44,381 nt of DNA from NCBI GenBank assembly GCA_013265495.1, contig MU058581.1, positions 1 through 44,381 of the forward strand, written 5' to 3'. The position numbers were made by a program, and so were the translations under genes. Positions 23,501-34,049 of this stretch are shown here, piece by piece; position 1 is the first letter of the stretch; every line of letters begins with the position of its first letter. The notes beneath the pieces are model-generated. The model did no database searches. It was not told the DNA's origin and saw only the letters and a list, made by a program, of their open reading frames with translations. This DNA comes from Vicugna vicugna. Its lineage: Eukaryota.

Positions 23501-26298
23501 GAAATCAGCAGTAGGAAACATACTGAGATATGACCTAAATTGTTTGTAGCACTCCACATTCTCTTAATGCTAAATGAACGAACACATCTCTTTATGCTCA
23601 ATTCTGAGAGCTGAGTGTGTGTGAAAGCCGTCCATCACCTAGCTCATTGGGAACAAAAGGTTTCTTTGAGAGGGAACTATGCTACATATATATCTATGGG
23701 GAGGTACAATCTCCAACTCGTTTTTACAGTGAAAACTGCATGAATTTTGATACCGGCACTAGGATACATGCTGATAAATCAGAGTGAGTGTTTCAAGTAC
23801 TACCTATTCCCTTTATGCCAGAGTAATGAACACCTGTCCACATACTCAATTTTGAGAGCTGAAAGTTTGTAAAAGCCATCCATCAAGTAGCTTGTTGGGA
23901 ACACAGAATTTTTTTGAGGGAGAACTAAGCTACATACATATCTATGGGGAGGAAGTAGCTCCAATTCAGTTTTACAGTGAAAACACCATGAACTTGGAAA
24001 CCGGCAATTGGAAACATACTGACAAATCACCTAAAGCGTTTCTAGTACTACCCATTTCCTTTCTGTTAGATGAACAAACCCCTCTCCACACACTCAATTC
24101 TGAGAGGAAATGTGTGTGAAAGCATTCCTTCACGTAGGTTTTTGGAAACACAGAGTTTCATTGAGAGGGGAACTATGCTACCCACATATCTATGTGCAGG
24201 CACTAGCTTCAACATTGTTTTAAATTGTAAAGGGCATGAACTTGGAAACTGGCACTAGGAATCATACTGTGAAAACAAAATATTTCTAGTACTCCCCATT
24301 CCCTTTATGCTAGATGAATGAACGCTTCTTCACATGGACAATTCAGAGAGCTGAATGTGTATGAAAGCCGCCCATCCCCTAGCTTTTTGGGAACACAGAG
24401 TTTCTTTGAGTGGGAACTACACTACATACATATCTATCTCGAGGCACTAGCTTCAACATGATTTTACACTGAAAACAGCATGAACGTTGATACTGGTATG
24501 TGGAAACATACAGAGAAATCAGAGTAGGTGTTTCTAGTACTACCCATTCCATTTAGGCTAGATGAATGAACGCTTCTCCACATGCTAATTTCTGAGAGCT
24601 GAATGTGTGTGAAAGATGTTCATCACCTTGCTTATTGGAAACACAGAGTTTCTTTGAGAGGGAATCTATTCTGCATACATATCTATGGGGAGGAGCTAGC
24701 TCCAACTCGGTTTTTCAGAGAAACAATTGAAGTTGGAAACCAGCACTAGGAAACACTGAGAAATCAAAGTAAGTTTTTCTAGTACTACCCATGTCCTTTA
24801 TGTTAGATGAAGGACCGCCTCTCCACATGCTCAATTGTGAGATCTTAATGTGTATGAAAGCCGTCCATCACCTAGCTTGTTCAGAACACAGTTTCGTTCA
24901 GAGGGGAACTACGCTTCATGCATATCTATGGAGAGGCACTAGCTCCAAATCCGTTTTACAATGAAAACAGCATGAACTTGGAAAGAGGAACTAGGAAACA
25001 TACTGTGAAATCATCTATATTGTTTCTATTACTACGCACTTGCTTTATGCTACATGAAAGAATACCTGTCCACATGCTCATCTCTGAGAGGTGAATGTGT
25101 GTGAAAGCCGTCCATCACCTAGTTTGTTGGGAACACAAAGTTTCTTTAAGTGGGAACTACGCTACATACATATCTATGGGGAGGCACTAGCTCCCACTCG
25201 GTTTTACTGTGAAAAGAGCATGAACTTCAAAACTGGCATGAGGAAACATACTGAGAAATCACCTAAAGTTTTCTAGTACTACCCGTTCTTTTTATGCTTG
25301 ATGAATGAATGCCTCTCCACATGCTCAATTCTGAGGGCTGAATGTTTGTGAAAGCCATACATCACCTAGTTTGTCAGGAACACAAAGTTTGTTTGAGAGG
25401 GAACTACGCCATATACATATCTATGGTGAGGCACTTGCTCTAACTCAGTTTTACACAGAAAACAGCATGAATTTGGAAACCAGCACTAGGAAACATACTG
25501 AGCAATCAGAGTAAGTGTTACTAGTTCCACTCATTCCTTATGCTAGATGAACAAACGCCTCTCCACATGCTCAGTTCTGAGACCTGAATGTGTGTGAAAG
25601 CAGTTCATCACCCAGCTTGTTGGGGACACAGAGTTTCCTTGAGAATGAACTACGCTACATACACTTCTATGGGGAAGCACCAGCTCGAACTCAGCATTAC
25701 AGTGAGAGGAGCATGAAGTTGGAATCCAGAACGCGGAAACATACTGAGCATTCAGAGTAAGTGTTTTTACTACAGCGCGTTCCCTTTATGCTGGATTAAT
25801 GAACGCATCTCCATTTGCTCAATTCTGAGAGCTGAATTATGTGTGAAAGCCTTCCTTCACCTAGGTTGTTTGAAACAGAGTTTCTTAGAGAGGGGAAATT
25901 CGCTACAAACATATGTCCGGGGAGGCATTAGCTGCAACATGATTTTAAAGTGTAAACAGCATGAACGTGGAAAACGGCAGTAGGAATCATACTGAGATTT
26001 CAGATTGTTTTTACTACTACACATACCGTTTGTGCTAGATGAACGAATGCCTCTCCACATGCTCAACTGAGAACTGAATGTACTTGAAAGCCTTCCATCA
26101 CCAAGGTGGATGGGAACACAAAGTTTCTTTCACTGGGGAACAATGTTACATACATGTCAATGGGGAGGTAATAGCTCTAACACGGATTTACAGAGTAAAG
26201 AAAATGAACTTGGAAACCAGCCCTAGAAAGCATACTGTGAAATCAGACTGTTTCTAGTACTACACTTTCCATTTATGTCACATGAATGAGCACCTCTC
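17524..26298 (+). repeat. Satellite array, right arm: ~35 diverged monomers of ~245-251 bp, reverse complement of the left-arm monomer
   Basis: 'cactaggaaacatactgagaaatc' or variants near 19058, 19309, 19557, 19802, 20050, 20296. 'ggaaacatgctgagaaatc' is the reverse complement of left-arm 'gatttctcagcatgtttcc'. Confidence 0.97.
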
Positions 26299-26453
26299 GT
26301 TAGGGTACGGCTTAGGGTACGGGTTAGGATTAGGGTATGGGTTAGGGTACGGGTTAGGTTAGGGTTAGGGGTTAGGGGTTATGGTTAGAGTTAGGGGTTA
26401 GGGTTAGGGGTTAGGGTTTAGGGTTAGGTTTAGACTTATGGTTAGGGTTAGGG
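26299..26453 (+). repeat. Degenerate interstitial telomeric array (TTAGGG)n with TACGGG/TTAGGGG variants, ~155 bp
   Basis: gttaggg tacggc ttaggg tacggg ttagga ttaggg tatggg ttaggg tacggg ttagg ttaggg ttagggg ttagggg ... ttaggg ttaggg. Confidence 0.97.
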
Positions 26454-26455
26454 AA

Positions 26456-26545
26456 TTGTAGACATGGCTCTATCCCCTGGAAATTATTGTTCTGAAGGTC
26501 CGGTTTGGAGCCTGGAAATCTACAATTTTCAGTCTCCCCAGCAGT
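26456..26545. mobile_element. MER5-type (hAT-Charlie MITE) partial copy
   Basis: 'ggctctatcccctggaaattattgttctgaaggtccggtttggagcctggaaatctacaattttcagtctccccag' resembles one half of MER5A/B. Confidence 0.55.
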
Positions 26546-27559
26546 GCAGCCACAGCCCAGCCACTGTCGGGAGGTCCCATCCCCTCTGGGCCTCAGGGAC
26601 CACCCAGCCCAGTGCAGACCAGTAAGGCTGGTGCTGTGTTTGGACACGCAGGAATGGCTCTCACCAGTCACTGCTCCCTGAAGGTCCTCAGACGGGTCCA
26701 GCCTCTGTCAGGGACTTGAAGCCCCCTCCATGTCTGCACTTCTTCATGTTGAGTGCCAGCGCTGTCACCACAGCGCCTTGTTTGAGAGGAGTCAGAGGGA
26801 CCGTCCCTGCCTCGCCACCTAGGGCCCCATGGAATGTGTCTGAGAAGAGAGTGCATCGCCTGGACGCTCCTCCCGAGCCTCAGTTCCCCCATTTGTGGTG
26901 CGGACATGAACATCACACCCTCATTTGGCCACCTATTTTCTCACTTTTCAGCTTCAGCTCTGTGGACAGGGCAGCACAGGGTGGCTTCCTCTCTCACCGC
27001 CCCCAGCTCCTCTGCTGTGCATGCTGGAAGTTCAACCATGCTGGGCCTCAAGCTGTCGGCAGCACCTGCCCAGATGGGCCAGGCAGGTCGCCCTGGGCCC
27101 TGAGAGCCTCCAGGACCACAGGAGGTGACGCCTCCAGAAGTCACCGGGGTGGCCACAGTGTGGCCGAGCCCCTCCCTAGGGGCTTTGAAACAGAAGAGAC
27201 CCCAGCCACCCTCTTCCTTTGCTCTGCTGGCCCTGCCAGCCACAGCCTCCCGGCTCCGTGGGACCTGGCCCCAGTCCCACAGCAGATGCCCTGGCCCTGA
27301 AGCTCCAGAGCCAGGTGACCAGGCTCTCGGTCCTGTCCTGACCCTGCTGCCTTCCTGGTGGGTCTCTGGGGTCCTCCACTCACCCTGCCACAGGGCAAGC
27401 ATGGGATCGGAGGGGAGCAGGACCCCCGGGAGCTGTGACCGAGCCTCTGGGGTTAGCCTGCTCAGCTCTGCGCTACATGGAGCAGCGGTCCAAGGGGACA
27501 GGCCATCAGCCAGGTCCAGAGGAGGAAACAGGCCGGACAATGGGGAGCAGATCGTGCCC

Positions 27560-28000
27560 TGTGCTACTGTCTCATGGCTGCCAGGACAAGTCACCACAAA
27601 CTGGGGGCTTAAAGCAGCACGGACTTACTCTCCTCAGTCCTGGAGGCCAGAGTCTGGAATCAGGATGTAAGCAGATACTTTCTCCTGGAAGCTCTGGGGA
27701 GAGTCTCTCCCAGGCCTCCCTCCCGTTGCTGGGGCTGCTAGCATTCCCTGGGCTTCCTCGACTTGTAGACACGCCCTCCAGCCTCTGCCTGTGTCTCCAC
27801 GTGGCCCTCTCCTGTGTCTCTCCTCTGCTCTCATGAGGACACTGGTTATTGGATTTAGAGCCATCCTTATCTAAGGCGGCCTCACCTCCAGACCCTTAGC
27901 TTAGTTATGTCTACAAAGACCCATTATCTGAATAAGGTCACGTTCACAGATGTTGGGAGGACATGTATTTTTAAGGGGAGCTGTCACTCAATCCATCACA
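27560..28000 (-). mobile_element. MaLR solo LTR (MLT1B/C-like)
   Basis: TG...CA ends; 'caccacaaactgggggcttaaagcagcacggacttactctcctcagtcctggaggccagagtctg', 'aggacactggttattggatttagagcc', 'aataaggtcacgttcacag'. Confidence 0.88.
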
Positions 28001-28059
28001 CATGGTCACCTTGAATATGCTGCCCTGTCTTTATTTTTTAAGAAAAAAAAATTTTTTGC

Positions 28060-28228
28060 ATCTTGGAGATACAAGCATGTGTGTTTGGCCTCTGCTACTT
28101 ACCAGCTGTGTGTCCCAGGGCAGGTTGCTTGACTGTTCTGGGTCTCAGTTTGCTCATCTGTGAAATGGAGGTATTAATGGCCCTCCCCCACACTGGGTTG
28201 CTGGGACCAGTTGGAGGAGATGCACCAC
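28060..28228 (+). mobile_element. MIR SINE
   Basis: Core 'ctctgctacttaccagctgtgtgtcccagggcaggttgcttgactgttctgggtctcagtttgctcatctgtgaaatgg'. Confidence 0.8.
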
Positions 28229-29194
28229 CTTGGGGCAGGGAGAGGTGTCTCAGAGGACACCTTTTATGAGTACTTCAGCCAGCACATTGGTTCTGAAATC
28301 AACCTGGCTGGATTTGTTTTGTGAGCCTGCCCCATTCCGAGGCTCACAGCGTTGCTGTGGACCCCTGGACACCAAGGTCCTCCTGCAAGGCCATTCAAGG
28401 GAAGGTTCTGGAAGTGGCCCTGCTGGGGCTAAGGGCTTGTACCTTTGTGACTTGAAGAGCTGTGCCTTCTGGGGGTGACCCAGCTCTTCCCCTTGGAGCA
28501 TGGATCCTGGCTGGTGGCCTGCTGCACCGTCACCCAGACCCTACCAGTCCCATGTGATGCGCAGGATTCCCTTCAGGGGCTTCACCTGCATTTCTCTTGT
28601 TTTGGAGCCAGTGGAGCATCTGCTCATGTGGAAACCCCTTTCTCCCCTCATCTTTCTCGCAGCTGCCAGCTCAGATTATTTCTCTGATCCTCACTCTTCC
28701 CCCAGGTTGGGGTCTCTGAGTTGGGTGGGTGCCTCTGCCATATACGTGGCCCTTTCTCACCCTTGTGGGTCCTCGTGGCTATGCCCCAGGGACAGGGAGC
28801 AGGTGCCCTAACTCCAGACACTGAAACTGAGGCTCAAAGAAGCCACATGGTGGGTTTCTTGGTTTCCCTGAAAGCTCGCTGTCACTGGGGGGAGGGGGCT
28901 GGCTTTCACTCCTGAGGGCCCCTGTGCCCTGGCCCCATCCCTGGGCTGCCAGGGAAGTCCCTCTGGAAACGGCTGGTACACTACAGAATGGCTGCGATCC
29001 CCTGGCCTGAGGCCACGTGACCCTGGGGGCCTGGGGGGGCCTGGGCCTCTCCGTTGGTTCCCAGTGACCATCAGGACACTTTGGGGGCTTCAGCAAAAGG
29101 CCTGCCTTGACGGTGAGTCCAGCAGCTGGTGGCGTCACTGGGTGCGTTTACTTCTCAGGGAGTGCTGTGATGTTTCGCTGAGACTTGGCATCCA

Positions 29195-29302
29195 GAAATA
29201 ATAACGAAAATGCCTATTTACGCCACGTCTTCTGGGCCAGGCACTGCACTTGGTGCGTTCCTGAACATTGTCTCATTTAATACTCAAACCGTCCTGGTAG
29301 GG
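29195..29302 (-). mobile_element. MIR 3' fragment
   Basis: 'gccaggcactgcacttggtgcgttcctgaacattgtctcatttaatactca'. Confidence 0.65.
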
Positions 29303-29491
29303 AGAGAGCAGGGCTTAAGAAACCTAGGGAGGCAGGGCCCAAAGTGCACTTGAACCCAGACCAAGAAGCCCATGGTTGGGCCTCGGTACCTCCAGAGGCA
29401 CGGGGCCCTTTAAGGAGGCCACGGGTCCTGCCAGGCTCTCCCTCTGGGGAGGCCTAGACCTGGGCTGAGGATCCAGGAGGTGCAGTGTTGG

Positions 29492-29630
29492 ACATGAGCC
29501 AGGGTTGCCTGGGTTTAAATGCTTGGATTTAAATAGGGCTGCCCTCCACCAACTTGCTGTGTGACTCCAGGCAAGAAGCTTTACCTCTCTGGGCCTCACT
29601 TCCCTACTCTGAGAAGTGGGACTAAGTCTG
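29492..29630 (+). mobile_element. MIR SINE
   Basis: 'cctgggtttaaat...aacttgctgtgtgactccaggcaagaagctttacctctctgggcctcacttccc'. Confidence 0.7.
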
Positions 29631-29709
29631 CCCCATTCAAATTGTGATTCTGTGTGCCAGGTGTTAGGACTACTTCAGAAGTCTAGATGATGGAGGGTTT
29701 TCAGAGTTC

Positions 29710-29800
29710 CATCCATTTTACAGGTGGAGAAACTGAGGTCCCAGGAGGGAGACCTGTGCCCCTCCATCCACTGTGACCTCAGCCACAGGACATGGGTATG
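29710..29800 (-). mobile_element. MIR core fragment
   Basis: 'tccattttacaggtggagaaactgaggtccca'. Confidence 0.65.
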
Positions 29801-30810
29801 GTCCAGTCTCTTGCATTTGTGCCCCACAGACTAGGACAGAAAGACAGATCACTGAGCACCGCTGTGGCTGCAGGTATGTGCAAGGGAGGGGCTTAGGCCA
29901 AGGCCCTACTGCAGCTCTCAGGGTGCAGGTCATGCCCCTTCATCCATTTGGGAGGCAGAGGTGGGGCTGGCATCTCTCCATCAGCCCCCGTGGTTGTGCT
30001 ATGCTTCTGTGGATGTGGAGAGTGGGAACCTGGGGCTGTCCACACACCTGTTGGTGAGTGTGCTCATTGGCCCAGGATGTGAGGCTGCAGTTTTGCTGCA
30101 TGGGGAGGACATTCATTCTCTCACCTCTGTAACTGTGGACCAAAGTTAAGGGAATCTATGTGGCCTGAGTAGAAGTCTCTGCAGAGAGCAGGGGCTCTGG
30201 GGCTGGTGGAGCAGAGAAGGCTCCCAGAGGAGGTGGCTTAGGCCCATGGCACCAGTGCCTCCCAGGGTGAGTGTCCAGCCATCCTGGTCCCCTGGCCCCT
30301 GCCTCTCGGATGTACAGGAAACAGGACCTAAAGGACATGAACCCCTGGGTCCACTTATAGCCTCTGCTGCTTGGGGTAGCCCCTTGGCCTCATGGACCCT
30401 CTCACTCCAGATCCCACATCCAAGCTTGGGGTTCTGGTCCTCCCTCTCCATCCCAGAACCTGCCCTCTTGGTCCTGAGGCCCCAGACCCTCAGCCAACAG
30501 TGCAGCCTACTCTTTACTGAGAAAATCAAAGAAGGGACCTCTGCTTGCTCCCACCACAGCTCCCACCTCTGGGCACCGGCGTCCCTCACCATGCCTTCCT
30601 CCCTTTCCTGTGGATGGATTGTTATCCCCCGTCACTTAGCCCCCCGCTCTCACCTATCCGAGGCCATCGCCGTGCTGAGTCTCCCTTTTCCTGCTAGACA
30701 CTTCTCTAGACCCTGCACCTGGTCCTTCCACAAGTGCTCACTGGGGGCCTCCTGGGGGCCAGCAACTCCTCCAGGTGCCGGAACAGTCCAGGGGACAAAA
30801 CAAAGCCCTG

Positions 30811-32826
30811 ACGACATCCACTGGTAATGATTCTCAGTGAACTAGGAATAGAGGGAAACCTTCTCAGCTTGATAAGGACACCTATAAGGACATCACACTG
30901 TACGGTGGGAAACTCAGATCCAGGATCAGGAACGAGGCTGGCCCCCATCACCACTCCTTCCCAGCATTGTGCTGGAAGTCCTGGCTAATGAGATAAGATG
31001 AGAAAAGGAAATAAAAGGCATACAGATTGGGGAGGAAGACATAAAAATGTCTTTATTCGTGGATTATATGATCATTTATGTAGAAAAGTTTGAGAAAAAT
31101 CGACAAAACTCCTGGAGCTAGTAAGCAGCTACAGCAAGGTTGCAGGATACAAGGTTAGTATACAAGAGTCAGTCACTTTCCTGTATACCAGTAATAGAGA
31201 AGTGGAATTTGAAATTAAAATCCAATACCGTTTACATTAGCACCCCCCAAAATAAACTACTTAGGTATAAATCCAACAAAACTCTGATGAAGGAAGTCAA
31301 AGAACTATTCCATGTACATGGAAAGGAAGACTCAGTGTTGTTAGGTGTCCACCCTTCCCAACCTGATCTGTGGATTCAGTGCAGCCCAGTGAAAACCCCA
31401 GGAAGTTATTTTATGGATATTGACAAACTAATCCTAAAGTTCACGTGGAAAGGAGGCAGAAAACCTGGAACAGTCGACACAACACTGAAGGAGAAGAACA
31501 AAGTTTTAGGACTGACACTAACTGACTTAAAGACTTACTATGAAGCTACAGTAATCAAGACAGTGTGGGACCGGCAAACGAACAGACAGATCAATGGAGC
31601 ACAATAGAAAGCCCAGAAATAGACCCGCCCAAATATAGTCAACTGTTCTTTGACAAAGGAGCAAAGGCAATACAGCAGAACACGATAGTCTTTTCAACAA
31701 AGGGCGCTGGGACAACTGGACATATGCATGCAAAGAAGTTAATCTGAGACATAGACCTGCCCCCTTTCACAAAAATTAACTCAGTGGATCATACGTGGAT
31801 ACATACATGTAAAACACAAAGCTGTAAAACTCCTAGGAGATAATGAGAATCTGGATGACCTTGGGTGTGGTTACGCCTTTTTAGATACAATATCAGAGAC
31901 ATGATCCACGAAAGATAATTGACACACTGGACATCATTAAACTAAAAAACTTCTACTTTGGGATGGATGCTACCAAGAGAATTAGAGGACAGACTACATA
32001 CTGGAAGAAAATACTTGCGGAAGACACATCCGATCAATGGCTGTTACCCAAAATACACGAAGAACTCTTAAAACGCAACAACAGGGAACAAGTAACAAAT
32101 GGCCAGTAGGAAACAGTCCTGAGCAGACATTTCAGCCAGGAAGACACACAGATGGCAAGTACATGCCTCAAAAGATGCCCCACATCATTGTCCTCAGTGA
32201 AACGCAAACCAAAACGAGACGCCACGACACACCTGTAAGTGGCTGGCGGTGACGTGGAGCAGCAGAAACTTAGCTCACTGCTGGGGTGGGTGCACAGCGG
32301 TAGTCACTTTGGAAGACAGTTTGGCAGTTTCTTACAAAGCTAAACATATCTTACCATGTGGTACAGCCATGATAACCCTTGGTGTTTACCCAAGGAAGTT
32401 GAGAACTTACATCCACACAAAAACTGGCACATGGATGTTTGTAGCAGCTTTATTCATTATGGCCAGAACTTGGAAGCAAACAGGATGTTCTTCAGTAGGT
32501 GAAGAGATAAACTGGTCCATCCTGACAATGGAGCATCTTCCAGCACTAAAAGGAAATGAGCTATCTAGCCATGGAAAGACCCAGAAGAACCCTAAATGCA
32601 TCTACTAAGTGAAAGAAGCCAGTCCTAATGGGCTACGTGCTGTCTGATTCCAGCCCTGTGGCATTCTGGGAAGGGCAGGGTTTACCCCTCGTGTCCCATT
32701 CTGTTGACGGATGTTGTTTGGGGGGCTGCACACGTAGGGTCAGGGGGCACACGGGCACTCTGCACCCTCCCCTCAGTTTTGTTGTAAACCTGAAATTGCT
32801 CTAAGGAATACTCTTGAGAAAAAAAA
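30811..32826 (+). mobile_element. 5'-truncated L1MC1-like LINE-1 inserted in an antisense L2 fragment
   Basis: ORF2 remnants (ORF 31140-31607 'FMDIDKLILKFTWK...GLTLTDLKTYYEATVIKTVW'); L1MC1-type 3' UTR ending 'cagttttgttgtaaacctgaaattgctctaaggaata...aaaaaaaa'; degenerate TSD aaagccctg (30802-30810) / agagcccctg (32826-32835); L2-like sequence on both sides (from ~30720, to ~32960). Confidence 0.88.
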
Positions 32827-34049
32827 GAGCCCCTGCCCTCAGTGTCAGTAGAGTCCTGAGTCAGTGACCGCAGGGCATGTGCGAGGGACAGGGCACTGAG
32901 CAGAGTCCTGCGTGGAATCGGGGGTGGGGGGTGATTCTGGAGGGAGGAGGATCCCGTGGGGGACGGGGCTGACCAGTTTCAAGGACAGTGTGAGGACAGA
33001 GCAGATGGGCTGAGCCGTGAGCGACAGCCCGGTGGCGCCACCTTGCCGAGTGCTGGGTGGTCCATCTTCAACTATCTGCTCGGCTGTGAGGGGCTGGGCT
33101 TAGGTTTGTCAGGCTGCAGTTGGGTTCATGTCTCTCTTCCTGTGTCTCCTCGAAGAATCAATCGCAGAGAACCGGGTGATCTGGGTCGAGTGGCCGTGCA
33201 TGCCTGGCCGGGGTCTTCCCGAAGCGCCTTCCCACCCCTTCCGGAGTGGCAGGACTTCCGTGGAGCAGGCCTGTGTCCCGGGTGTGAGACAGGAGTCACA
33301 GGCTGTCCCAGGGTTCTGGCAGCCGGGCACACAGTAGGCGCTTAGCGTGTGTTCACTCGAGGGTCACAGAGGTGGATGTCTGTCCAGTCCCGAAGGCCTG
33401 GGCTCCCCAGGGAAGGGTTCCTGCTGTGTGAGGACAGAACGGCAAGCAGGAGACAGACCCCCCCGCACCCCCAGAGTCTGCAGCTGCTGCCCCAGCTGCT
33501 CCCCCACCCTCTAATCAGCCCGTGAGCACTGAGGAGCCGGGGGGAGTCCCTCCTCAGGGCTGCGCCCCCTCAGAGGCTGGGTTTGGAGGGGGTCCAAGCC
33601 ACCTGGCTCTCCTTAGTGGGGGTGCTGGTGCTATAGGAGTGGGGGGGTCTCATGGACCCCAGACTCCTTTTTCCCTCCCCCTCCCCAGGGGGTGGGGCTG
33701 GGACCACCCGTGTAGATGCAGTCAGTCTGTCTGAGTGGCAGACAGTGTAGACATGTGTGGGTGGTGAGGGGTGCTGTGGACGTGCAGGGGCCCTGCCTGT
33801 GTGGAGGGCACGTGTCTCAGCATGTGAGCAGGTGTGAGAGTGCAGTGCTGTTGCTGTGCGCAGCACACGTGGGTTTGGGCCCCACAGCCCCTTGCTCTAT
33901 GCTTGGACCCTCAGTGACTTCTGGACCCTTCTGCCCACCCACCACTCTCTGAGGAGGAGCTGAAGCTGCTTCCAGGCCAGGGCTGAATTTTTGGTCTGTG
34001 TGTCCGTCGCTGGGGGATCTTATGGAGACTCTTGGCTGTAAAAATACAT

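Noticed and set aside
13942..26298. CRISPR-like array, or a repeat-encoded protein from the recurring short ORFs (e.g. LLGTQSF, HIYGEALA)
   Set aside because: Monomers are contiguous with no unique spacers, the context is mammalian, and frames are broken by stops and indels at random. The ORFs are translations of satellite.
26668..27836. Cluster of 130-218-aa overlapping ORFs
   Set aside because: No recognisable domain, Pro/Gly/Ala/Ser-rich, and overlapping MIR and MLT1. Such ORFs are expected by chance in GC-rich DNA.
30146..30827. 193-aa and 148-aa ORFs
   Set aside because: No recognisable homology or exon structure; GC-rich chance ORFs running into L2/L1.
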